A stretch of 64,000 nucleotides of DNA. It comes from Paraspadella gotoi. Its lineage: Eukaryota; Animalia; Chaetognatha. The notes beneath the pieces were generated by a model. That model was not told the DNA's origin. It worked only from the letters and a program-made list of their open reading frames with translations, and ran no database searches. Each line of letters starts with the position of its first letter. The first letter of the stretch is position 1. The translations under genes and the position numbers were made by a program. This document shows, piece by piece, positions 43,263-55,900 of this stretch. Location: the NCBI GenBank assembly GCA_051294375.1, contig CM119269.1:2770026-2834025 (forward strand), written 5' to 3'.

Positions 43263-44919
43263 TCAGTATCCCGGGGCGAAGGGATTTTTGTCGGTGAGTT
43301 TCATTCCGCCCAGGGTATGGTTGACGAGGCGGTGGTGAGCCTCGTCCGCGCGTATCACGTTAAAGACGTCGCGCATCATCGCGTTGTCCTGCAACTCCCA
43401 GTAGCGGATCGCCACCTCGGGAGCCTTCATCGCCACCAGCTGCGGTTGACCCCCGCCGTCCATGTCGGCCAAGATGCCGGTGTAGGTCACCACCGCTTGC
43501 TCTTCTAAGTAGCCGACGAGCCTAGAACCAAATGGAAGACGATAAATGTTTACAAAATGTTTACAGAACAGTGACTTTATTTTTACGTGCATTTTCCTTT
43601 GATCACATGATATAACATGACATGACATGACTAAAAAACTTACTTAGCCCGTGTAAAACATGCACTGAATCATAATTCCGTCTTTTATTCCTTATAGTTA
43701 TACGGACAGATATACGGACCGACAGACCGACCGAGTTGCTCCGCGAGTACTCGCGTTGTTTTGCTCCATCTCCCGATCCTGCCAAACATGCTCCCACAAA
43801 TCTGACTCGCCTGTGGCAAAACCTCGGGCTGATTAGGTAGCCCAAAGTGTAGCCAGCCAAGAATATAAACTGGGTGACCACGACGAGGATTCTGAAGGCA
43901 GGACCCGGCTCCAGCAGCTCGATGAATGTCAGCAGGTGGAGTCGCTCGTTCTCCGCCTCCTCGAGCAGCGTGTGGATCCAGCCATGATCCCGCTGCATTC
44001 GTCGCAGAGAGTGGAGATGGCGGATCATCCCGGCAACGAACCCGGGCACCGCCGCAACCGTCTCCAAGAAGATCACGCGCCGAATGTAGGTCTTGTAACT
44101 CGGCTGTTTTGGGTTGTTTTTTGTTTGTTTAAAAAGAAAAAAAAAGAAATTGTGATTTAAACCAGATTCGTCGAATTTTTAGGGGAACTCCCGTAAATTC
44201 TTTTGTCATTGTATCCTCATATTTTGGGGCTAAAAGTCTTTACTCTTTAGTAATGGGCAAATCCATGTGACACACGCCGCAGTTTCTAATATTCTTTCTT
44301 AATTGTAAAATTGTATTAATTTATTTATTTATTTTTTTTTAAAGATCGACATCACTATCACAACCACTATCACCCTTTAAGCCTTTATTAGTTTTCTTTA
44401 TTAGCATTTTTAAATTTGAATATAAAAGTCTAAATCCAAGCACGGAATTTTTGACTGGCATGGGATTTATTTTCATTGGAAAAGAGTGATAAGTTTATTC
44501 TTTCCTCAAAAAATTTACATAAACTGTAATGAAACAAATACCTTTCCGAACTTGTAGAGGGTGATGATATCGAAGGAGTTTCGAATTAAGAGGATGGCTC
44601 CGTAGGCGGACCAATCGAGTAAGTTCTGCGGCTTGTAATGGTTAATTTCCACGCCGTCGGCCTCTTCGTCCGACCAAATGGGGTGAGGCATGGTGTAATC
44701 TTGACCCTTATTCTGCACCATGATGGCGATGTCGGCTTTTCTAAAGTGGGTGGGGTTCCGCGTCGCCACCTCCTTGTAGTGCTCGAAGTCGTCCTTCGGG
44801 TAATCCATCAAGAGTGGTCGAGACGTGGACAACAATCGAACGGGGGACGTCGGGGGCTTAAAGTGGTGGCGCAAGATGCCGGCCCCGAGCGAGGAGCCGC
44901 GGCGGAGGAAAAACGCCAT
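43263..44919 (-). CDS. AOX: Mitochondrial alternative oxidase (ubiquinol oxidase, di-iron), animal type
   Basis: Three exons: 44919-44542 (Arg/Ser-rich presequence, MPHPIWS), 44103-43811 (IFLETVAAVPG, GWIHTLLEEAENERLHL, YLISPRFCHR; GC donor), 43521-43263 (VGYLEEQAV.TY, IRADEAHHR.VNH, C-terminal NPFAPGY). All four iron-binding motifs are present. Confidence 0.97.
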
Positions 44920-45406
44920 TTCTCACGCGAGAATACGAATTGAGGCTACGTTAATGATTTCTGTGATGAGTACGGATGGTTTCTACGGAAGCATTTTATC
45001 GAGGTGTTTTGGGTAAACGAGCACACTAAATACAAAAATCATTTTCTTACAAAATTAATTTTAAGGCATAGTTTATTCAACTGTAGGTTGTTATGCCTTT
45101 CAACAATCTCCGTGCAAAAAAAAGTTTGTACTTAGAGAAATAATTAATCCATGAGATAGTGAAATATTGGTGCGACCTGGTCGGCGAATTGTTGTTATAT
45201 TTATTTCCTTAAATTATTACCATTCTTTTCTTCATAGGACATTGATTGACGAAATATCGCGACGAAACTTATCCCGACTTGAGAAGAAAGCTCCATAAAT
45301 AAATAGTTGTAGTCTCCTTTAACGATGGCCTTTTGTTTTAGCAAAGAATGAGAGGGATTCTTTCAAAGGATTAGTAACGACACGACGAGATAGTTGTTCA
45401 TCAGGC

Positions 45407-45841
45407 TTATGCGAGTGTGAGACAGAGAGTGAGTGGGAGAGAAGGAGAGACAGAAAGAGAGAGGAGAATTTTTGTCTAAACGAGGAAAAGAGAAAGCCAA
45501 GGAGAGGAGGAAGAAAAAAAAAAGAAGATTGGTTTTTGTTTCGGTTATCGCGTAATTTTATCGCGGACCTCTCCACCATCCACGGGACGTTTGAGGGACC
45601 AAAAAAATGGGTTGATTACCGCGAGATGGGATGGAACGAAACTGCGCGGATAAAATTAGAGTGGAAACTACAACAGGAATAGTTTTTCTATAGCAAGGAA
45701 ACGCTCAGGCTGAACCTATGCACTGCGGACCGGAACTCAGAAGCCATTCGTCAAAAAAAAAAAAATAACAAAAAAAAGGCGACGGTAATAATTTAAAACC
45801 AAAAAAATTTGTATTATCGTAAGCATGGCTGACAAAAATTC
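45407..45841 (+). repeat. ~440-bp direct repeat, copy 2 (upstream of AOX)
   Basis: See copy 1 at 42666-43105. Confidence 0.9.
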
Positions 45842-46176
45842 TTTATGAAATTGGTACAACCAATATTATTTAATTATCCATTCATTTAATAAATAAGCTA
45901 TTTTGCCCCTGAGTTTGGAGTTTGGACTGGCTTTGGTGGTTTAAGGCCTCCATCACTCTTACAAGATAATTATATATCATATTATATATTATATTATATA
46001 TAATAAAGCTCCGATAAAGCAAACTGATTTAATCTCTAATCTTAAATATCTATTTTACAAAACAAAACTAATTCTTCAAAAAAAAAGAACGTTTATTAAC
46101 TTACGAATTTAACGACAAAAGATTATCACAACGTAATATCACAAAACAATGGGTGAAAAAAAAAGCCGGTGAAGAA

Positions 46177-47043
46177 CTAAACCACGTCTGCCGGATCGGT
46201 TATAACCACAGGCGGCGAGGAATCAGTCGTCTCTTCGATCAACGGACCCTCGACGTCGGCTTTTTTGTCGGTTAAGTCGGTTCGGCTTCTTCCGTGGTCG
46301 TCGTCGTCATTGTTGTTGTTGTTATTGTTGCTTTTCTTCGCCTCCCCTTCATTTCTGTCCGTACGAGTCTCGTATTCGACCTCCGGCGCCGCTTCGCGTC
46401 CCTCGGCGTCGACGAGGTTTCCGGCGTCGTCGTCACGGTCGTCGTCGGCGCCGTCCTCAAAACGTCCGACGCGTTCGGCGATCGCCGGCGGCCAGTCTCC
46501 GACGCGGACGCCGACGTTGCCGGAGCCGCCGCCGGAGACCGAAGTGCTGCCGGTGCTGCGACGCCGACACGGATTGCCGCGGCGGCGGGAGCAGCGGACG
46601 AGGCGCGTGAACCGCGCCAGCCGCGTGCAACGGTTCAGTCGATGCAGGCCGCCGCAGCAGAAGAGGTGCAGGAAGGTGTGCTTGAAGTCGGCGCTCAACC
46701 ACAAGTAGATGAAGAGGTTCGATGAAGAGTTGAAGGCGAGGAGGAGGTAGTTGACGGAGACGCCCTCGGCCGACGCTACTGACTCCAGGCGGAAGAGTTT
46801 GAAATGATGGAGGCAGAAGATGAAGTCGAGAATGTGAGTCACGAAGTACATCACCACCACTCCCAGAGACATTCTGTGTTATAAATAAATATAACTAATA
46901 ATATTGACATTTTAAAGAGGGTTTAAACTAATTTGTTAATAATTAATTTGTTACCATTGCCAGCAACATAATTTTATTGTTAATTGTTAAATCAATTTAT
47001 TTCAAAAATAAAAAATAATAATAATATAATAATAATAATAATA

Positions 47044-47094
<51 letters not shown>

Positions 47095-49919
47095 CTGAAA
47101 ATAAGATTATGATTATGAAGATGATTGCTGATGATGAACAGAGACGACGATGACGACGACGAACGACGTGATGAGTGATGACGATGATGATGTNNNNNNN
47201 NNNNNNNNNNNNNNNNNNNNNNNNNNNNNNNNNNNNNNNNNNNNNNNNNNNNNNNNNNNNNNNNNNNNNNNNNNNNNNNNNNNNNNNNNNNNNNNNNNNN
47301 NNNNNNNNNNNNNNNNNNNNNNNNNNNNNTTGATCTTGTGGTTCAATATTGCTAGACTTTAGGGCCCCCGACTGTAAAACGGGCGGTTATGATCTCGTTG
47401 GATAGAATATCTATGAGGGTATTAATTAATAACTAAATTCTATTGGAGCTAGAATTTTAAAACATACCCTTAAACAACCTGGTCTGATCCTCTTGCACTG
47501 AGATACCGATGGAAACGTCGTTGAGCCGGATTGAGGGTGATTGTCCCGCGCCGCCGGACGTCCTCGCCGACATTCCGTCACTGCGGCATCGGTCGCTCTC
47601 CACTCGTCGTCGTTTCCGGAGCCGCTGGTAGGCATCTCGCGATGACACACCGCTGGCGTCACCAGCGTATCGACGCGGCGCCAATGGCGTCATCTCGCGT
47701 CGCCACTCAGAGTTGAGCCCGTTCGTCATGAAGGACTGATGGCGCATGAGACGAACGGGTTGATGCAGAGGCGAATGCTGGGGACGGAGATACGGATGAG
47801 GGAAGACGCTTATCAAACCGCCATCAACTTGGTCTGTTCGAATGATTGATGATGATGACGATGATTCAATGTGATGAAATGAGAATAATTGATGATTGAT
47901 ATTGTTGATGATGATTTATGATAATTGATTATGATGATGATGATGATGACGATGATTATGATGATAAAATAAAATATAAATTTAAAAATAATCAAAGATG
48001 ATGACTGTGTTGATTGTTCATCGAGCGGATAATTATGACGATGACGCCTATTATGATGCAAATGATAAAGAAGAGGAAACGGCCTCACCTTATGATGCAA
48101 ATGATACGGCCTCACCTTATGATGACCGCGGAGACGAGAATGAGGGAGAATGGAAGGAAGAAGCGAAAGAGAGCGAAGATCCATCGAAGGATCTTGAGAC
48201 ATGATTCGTCGCAGGCGTCGATGTAGAAGGGAGAGTCGACGTTGCTGTTGGCAACGTGATTAAGGACCTGAGAGGGGAAAAAATGGGAGACATGGAAAAT
48301 ATTAACAAGTTTTGTCATCGGTTGAGTAATGAGTAATCGTAACCGACAGACAAACGGACCGACAGAAAAAAAACGTGATGGTCACAAACGGAGCGAATCG
48401 TTGAATCATTTCACGCACTTTGAGATCTTCTCGATTTTCTCTCTGAGCCCAAATGTTCCCATTGAGGCGCTTATCAATGATTTCGTCAAGAGGCGCTAAG
48501 TCCAAGACTACGAACATTTCTGCCATAGCTTTCGATTTATCTCCACCGTAACATTTTTCTTATCTGAATAAAATTTAAAATCATTTTCTGAGTCAGGTTA
48601 AGTTTTTTCGTGTCTTTTTTTTTTTTTTTTTTTTTTTTGCGGTTGATTATAATTTCAATAAAAAGTTGGAAAAATCGTTTCGCCCGAAGGACAAGTAAAG
48701 GTTTCCCAACCGAGCGTAAAAAAAAGAGCAACAACGAATTAGTGACTTTTCGTCATAAACGTCTCCGCCAAAAGTCATGGAGTCTTTGGATTTCGTCTCC
48801 TCCTACGCGAAACGACGATCCCTTCCGGACGTCTCGCTCAACTTCCACGCGGGACAACATTTCGGATCGTCGAGCGGCGCGGGACACGTGGGCAAGAAGT
48901 TGCCGGTGGTGGAGGACGAGGAGACGGCGGGGAGGTGGATGGAGCGAGGAAAGAAGGGGAGGACTCGAACGATGTCGCCCGTTGGGTGAGTGGGAAGAAG
49001 GATGAAATAGTGAACGGGCAAAAAAGACCCCGGATGGAAATTGAAATAAATTAGATTTAATTGTTTTTTGAAGGAAAATAACTTCATCCTCCCTCTCCCA
49101 CCCGAGACAGACGCCAAAGTCAGGACGCGACGCGGCGTCGAGGACAGTCGCTGCTGCAGCGGCTGGAGCTCGGCGATGCGGCGGAGACGCGGCACAAGTT
49201 CCTAGGCGACTCGGGACTCAAAGTCTCTAACGTCTGCTTGAGCGGCCTCTCCTTCGGCACCTTCCCCGGGTCGCCCGCCCGAAACACCAACGAGGCCGTC
49301 AGTCGAGGTCTTCTCGACACCTTCGTCGAGATGGGCGGGAACTTCATAGACACGGCGGACACGTGAGTGGGGTGGGGGTGGGTAAGGAAAGGTTCAGGGT
49401 GAGTTGTTGACTGTTGAGGAGGCTTGTATATTATTTAAGAGTATCGCGCCAATGATTGGCCTTGAACGTCGCGCCAATGATTGGCCTTGAACGTCGCGCC
49501 AATGATTGGCCTTGAACGTCGCGCCAATGATTGGCCTTGAACGTCGCGCCATCGAAGAGAAAACTTGTTTACGGTTCGAAAAGGCCCAACCTTAGGCGAA
49601 AAGGCCCAACCTTGGGCGAAGCTTTTTTTTTCTTTCTTCACTGCGTCTGATCCTGGATTGTATCCAATTTGAAAAGGGATTGGAAGAGATTTTTTTTTTG
49701 GGGGGGGGGGTGGCGAATTTAGACGTGGGAAAACTCTCTCTCTCTCTCTCACTCTCTCTCTCTCTGTGTTTATGTCTTCCTCGGCCTCGCTCACTCTCTT
49801 ACAGTCTTCGTCAAAAGTCCCGAATGTCTTTTTCAATTGTCGGTTCGTTCATCCCAGTTCGTTAACATCTTTCTTTTTTTCTCACAAAAAACCTCGGAAG
49901 TCAAAATAAGAAAAGTTAA

Positions 49920-49993
<74 letters not shown>

Positions 49994-52900
49994 GACGTGA
50001 ATGAAGAATTATGAAGTTTATCAATTAGCCTCCGCCTAATCTTGATTTATCCAATTTGCTTCCTCTTTAAGGGAACCATGAAGCTAAATGGAGACTATTT
50101 AAAAAACGATAACCCGAGATAGAAAATTATTTATGTGATAATGAGCGTAACATATTTTTAAGTTACTCCGACCATGATTTTCGAGTTAATAAGCGTTTTA
50201 TTTGTCCGTATTATCTTTAAAAAAAATTTCTCCCAAAAAAAAAAAGGAACTTTAAAAAATGTTAATTTACGAGCTTAATTTTAAAAAATTTCTGAGAGAA
50301 TTGAATTGAAACAGAAAGAAGCGAAGAGAAAGTCACCTTTTTTTTTTTTTCTTTCTCGATTTTTCTTCGTTAAAGACTCATTTCGCTTCGTTTTCCCCCC
50401 TGACCTTTGGCTTTACCGACCGACCCGCGACCGACGACCGACCGACCGACCGAACCGACGACCGACCGACCGACCGACCGACCGACCGACCGACCGACCG
50501 ACCGACCGACCGACCGACGACCGACGCGACGACCGAACCGACCGACCGACCGACCGACCGACGCGCGCCGACCGACCGACCGACCGACCGACCGACCGAC
50601 CGACCGACCGACCGACCGACCGACCGACGACGACCGACCGACCGGACCGACCGACCGACCGACCGACGCCGACCGAACCGACCGACCGGCGACCGACCGA
50701 CCGACCGACCGACCGACCGACGACGACCGACGTCCCGAAAACGACCCTTTATCGTCAAAAGGTCTTTGAAAGCGGCGAATTCGCTCTCTTCGCCCCCCGG
50801 CTCTTTTTTAAAGGCGACGCCCTTAAACCGTATGATTGATTGATCGTGTCTCAATATTATGAAATATTTTCCATCCGCATCTGCAGTTTAGCCGCTTTAG
50901 AGAAGGCCCCTTCCGTCAACAAAGTATTCTACTGTGGACGCAACAAGTTTCAGAGTAAGAATAATTTATTCTTCAACAACGTTATAAACAATAACAGTCA
51001 AAATGCTCAGATGCTAAGTCTATTACAATGGTATTTACAAAGGTCAACGTTTGACCATAAAGATCAACCGTTTTGACCATAAATAAGTTGGGGGAATTGA
51101 GCGAGGTAAGGTTGGTAAGGTCATGTGGTTTGACCGAGGTTGCGTGTTCTAGATGTTCGTCCACACTACCCTATTAAATTACAGCAATACCGTGCGCTTC
51201 ATTCCAACTTATTTGTCATCGTTTATTTCTCATTTATTTTTGGCTAAATATTCTTTTTAATTAGTAAAGCTTCCGAAAAGTAACACGTCCTCGTACAAGA
51301 TCACGAACGTCTTCCCACCTCCCTTCCCGCCTTCCTCTCCGCCCCACCTCCCCTCCTTCCCCCCTAGCTACCCCGGCATGGGTTCCCACGCTGGCCTCTC
51401 CGAGTCCATCATAGGTCGGTGGTTGTCTGGTCGCGACCGACACCGCATCGTCGTCGGCACTAAATGTCGTTACGTCACCGATCCCGGTTCGCCCAATGGA
51501 GTCGGTCTCTCCAGGTAAGGACAGATGCCGTTCGCAAAAGCAACAGCGCTTACGTCGACTCTCTCCCTCCTTAAATCCGAAAAGAAACCACATCCTGCGC
51601 AGTCTGGACCAAAGCCTCAAACGCCTCCAGACGGACTACGTAGATCTCTATCAGATCCACGGCTGGGACGCCGGGACGCCGGTCGAGCGCGTTCTTCGCA
51701 CGCTGGACGACGCCGTCCGCGCCGGAAAGGTGCGCTACATCGGCGCCGCCAACCTCGCCGCCTGGCAGCTGCAGAAATTCTGCTCCTACGCCCAATTCAT
51801 GGGGCTGGAGAAGCTGGTGACGGCGCAAATGAACTACAGCCTGTTGGCGAGGGGAATCGAGAACGACGTGAGAAACTTTTCTTTTTTTAAGGAGGAAATG
51901 TTTATGTTTTGTTTTCGGAAATTCCCTTTCTCCTACGTCTGCCCTTATTTTGATTTTAAATTAACTTAATCTGGTTGAACGAACCAAATTAGGTGGAATT
52001 AGCGAATAGCGAGACGAGAGAAAATTAAAATCGAAAAAGAGTTCTCGTGAAAATGAAACATCTGTGCTACAATCGAGAGAAAACTATTGATTTCATTCAA
52101 CTTCAAACACAGGTGGTCGAGGTTTGTCGCGAAGAGAAGGTCGGCATTCTGAGCTGGAGTCCTTTGAGGAACGGACTCTTGCGACGAAAGGCTTCGCGAC
52201 CGACGGACGTCGGAGCCGACGACGTCTTCGAACCCAAGAAAAGCGGAGAGTTCAAGGTGAAAAGAGAACAAATACCGATTCCATCGCGTCTGTCCGTGTC
52301 TCTCCACCGCTTGCGGCCCAAAAGCATCTGTGGATAAGGCGCAGAGTAGACTGAAAACTACTATCCGTATCTTCTATGCCCCCTTCAGCAGCCATAGAAG
52401 GGGTCCTGGGCTTGGAACCAGGTTTAAGGTTTTTCCAGGCCTTCCTCGAGATTCCCGCAGTGTAGGTACCGGGTTGGGATGGAACCTGGTACCTAGTGGC
52501 CAATGAGCTGAAAGCTTTACTCAATGAGCCACTGGGTGACGACTGCAGGTGTCACGCTAATAGGTGGGGTGAACTTTTGCAATACCCGACTACATATCTC
52601 ATTGCTCACATGATCGCAGGGAAACGAAAATGAGAAGGACCGCTACAATCGCGTCGTCGACGTCGCGGAACATGTCGCTAAGACCAACGATAAGACGATG
52701 GCGCAGGCGAGTAAAGGAAAGGAAAGGAAAGGAAAGGAAAGGAAAGGAAAGGAAAGAAAAGAAAGAAAAAGAAAGAAAAGAAAAGAAAAGAAAAGAAAAA
52801 GAAAAGAAAAGAAAAAGAAAAGAAAAGAAAGAAAAGGAAAGGAAAAAGAAAAAAACTTAGCCTGTGAAAATTTAGGAGGCAAGATAGCTATGATTCATTG

Positions 52901-55900
52901 AAAGAATGTATAATTTTGACATTGTTGTACCAGTTTCATTACCTCATATTCCCTACTCCATAAAACTTCTTTCCTTTTAGTACTCTCGTACGGCAATACC
53001 TTTTCCTTAATTTTTTTTTTTTCAAAATACTTTATTCCTTCCGTTTCCCTTTATATTATATTATTATATTATTATATTATTATATTATTATATTATTATA
53101 TTATCCCTTTATCCCACAACCCCCAAAAAGGTCTCCCTCCGCTGGCTCATTCAAAAGCCCCACGTGACTTCGGTCGTCCTCTCCGCCTCCACCACGGAAG
53201 AGGTGACGGAGGCGATGGGCGCCGCCTCCGGCTGGGCCCTCGCCGACGACGAGGTGGCGCTGCTCGACGCCGCCTCCAAACCGGAAGTCGAGTATCCCAA
53301 TTCGATGGCGCATCAGGCGGGGAGGATGAGGAGGGGGTTGGAGGTGGAGTGAGGGGGAGGAAGAGGAAGATGGGGTTGGAGGAGGAAGAAGAGGAAGACG
53401 GATTAAGCCAAGAAGAGCCGGGGGAGGAAGAGGAAGAGGAAAAGAAGAAAAGCAATGAGCTTAAAAGATATAAGATAAATGCGAATCACGTCGGCGGAAA
53501 AACTCGAAAAGAGTCGGACTTGTTTTTTTTCTTTTCTTTTCTTTTTCTTTTTTTGGAGCGAGGATTGATTGCGAAGATACCTTCCGAGGTCAATGGAGGA
53601 TAATTGAAACTTATTTTCTTTAGAATAAACAAAACGAGAAGAAAAATTGGTTGTTTTTTTTTTTTTTTTGTTTTTTTTTCGGTCAACGTCGTTTTTATCG
53701 CCGTCGTCGTTCGTAGGTTCTAGTTGGTTGGCGACTTCGCCCTGGCGATATCGCCAGTACCCCGCACTATAAGAGCTTAGTAGGGTGGATGACGGAAATT
53801 ATCACAGGGCCTCGCTATCTAGCAAGAAAGACTACACTATAAGAGCTTAGTAGGGTGGATGACAGAAAATATCACAGGGCCTCCCGTTCAACTCCATGCC
53901 TCTCCCCCAACCCTAACCCAGACCTCCCGTTAAACCCTAACCGCCTTCTACACATCAACCATGGGCCCCAACCCCAACCCTAACCCTAAACCAGGCCTCG
54001 CGTTCAACTCCATGCCTCTCCCCCAACCCTAACCCGGAGGGCCTCCCGTTAAACCCTAACCGCCTTTGACATGTCAACCATGGGCCCACAGACCATCAGT
54101 TTTACATCCGACCACGGAAAAATTCTTACCACCTCCGTTACCCTTCCTACCGAGTACACAGACCATCAGTTTTACATCTGACCAAGGAAAAATTCCTACC
54201 ACCTCCGCTACCCTTCCTACCGAGTACACAGACTATCAGTTTTATATCCGACCACGGAAAAATTCCTACCACCTCTGTTACCCTTCCTACCTAGTACACA
54301 GACCATCAGTTTTACATCCAACCACGGAAAAATTCCTACCACCTCCGTTACCCTTCCTACCGAGTATACAGATCATCAGTTTTACATCCAACCACAGAAA
54401 AATTCCTACCACCTCCATTACCCTTCCTACCAAGTATACTCAGGTCCCTCCCCCAACCCTAAACCAGACCTCCCGTTCAACTCCATGCCTCTCCCCTAAC
54501 CCTAACCCAGGGCCTCCCATTAAACCCTAACCCTAACCACCCTCGACACGTCAACCACGGGCCCCTCCCCCAACCCTAACCCTAAACCTGGCCTGGGGAA
54601 AACGAAAGCTAAAAACTCAACGGCGTTTTATTTACATTAAAAGTCCCAAAATCGCCAAATCGCAACTTAGCCATGACGCCCTCGCCATTTGGCGATTTAG
54701 CTGTGAACTACATCTAGCGTTCCAAATTCTGTATCGTCCATCTCAAAACTAAACACGGCGTAACCCTTTGTCAACTTTTTGTACAAAAAGAACCCATTCG
54801 TAAAACTAGTCACATTCTATAAAGTAGACGTTAAACTTTTTTGCCTGGTCATTTTTTAATAATATTAATTTTTAAAAAAATGTATTTTTGAAAAATTTCT
54901 ATTTTAAAAAAAATATGTTAAAAGCTTTTTCTTGTCATTTTATATATAATTTAGTATAAATCTGATAGCATTTTTTTATTTTTCAGGGCTTTCTGGTGAT
55001 ATAGTCGGCCAACGAAAATAATTTCCTTTAAGCAAAAACAAAATGAAAGGATCCTAACACAATTCGTTTTTTTTTTTTTGTTTTGGAACGAAACGTCAGA
55101 TGGTTCCTTTGTCCTCAGACGAAGCAAAAAAAGTTTTGATTTCTCTCTTCTCTTCTCTTCTCTTCTCTTCTCTTCTCTTCTCTTCTCTTCTCTTCTCTTC
55201 TCTTCTCTTCTCTTCTCTTTTCTTTTCTCATTTGAGCTAACTTTCAATCCGCATTATGAACATTGCACAAGCTGTCGATGAAATTAACAAAATTCACTAA
55301 TATTTTTTTTTTCTTTTTTACCTGCTTAAATTGCCTCACGATGTCGACTCTTTACAATGGTAAGTACAAAAATTTCTATAAATACAGGGTTTGGACTTAA
55401 AACTTACCCCAGAGAAAAAAATACTAATCCCCTCGATAATTTGTACTTAATGATGTATCTGAAAAATTTAGTTTTAACAATTATTTCATTGGTCATTTTA
55501 CTTCATGTTTAGCTCATGTCAGGTACTCATTTATGAAGCATACCTTCCATAGTAGAGTGTAGTGAGAGTTATGTAGGGAAATTCTAAAAGTCAATTATAA
55601 ACAACATACCATCAGTGAATATTAATTTGTAAAAAAAATTAATTTTATGTTTTTTTAATTTTCGCAGTTGGCTATATTTATATATATAATCAAAAAATTT
55701 CAAAATAGGCTTTTCTTAATTTTGATTGCAGATTTGAATTCCTCGTCAAAAGTTGATAAAAGAAAATATAAATCATTTTTAAAAATTCTTTCATTAAGTG
55801 GGTTAAAAATTAAAAAAACTATATTTAATATATAAAAAGTTAATTTTAAGCTTAAAATATAGCTTTTTTTAATTTTTGACCCACTTAATGAAGGAATTTT

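Noticed and set aside
50306-50854. PTDR-repeat ORFs on both strands
   Set aside because: Translation of the (ACCG)n microsatellite inside an AKR intron.
53905-54590. CCCTAA motifs as a telomere or interstitial telomeric array
   Set aside because: Only 1-2 consecutive units, embedded in larger repeat monomers.
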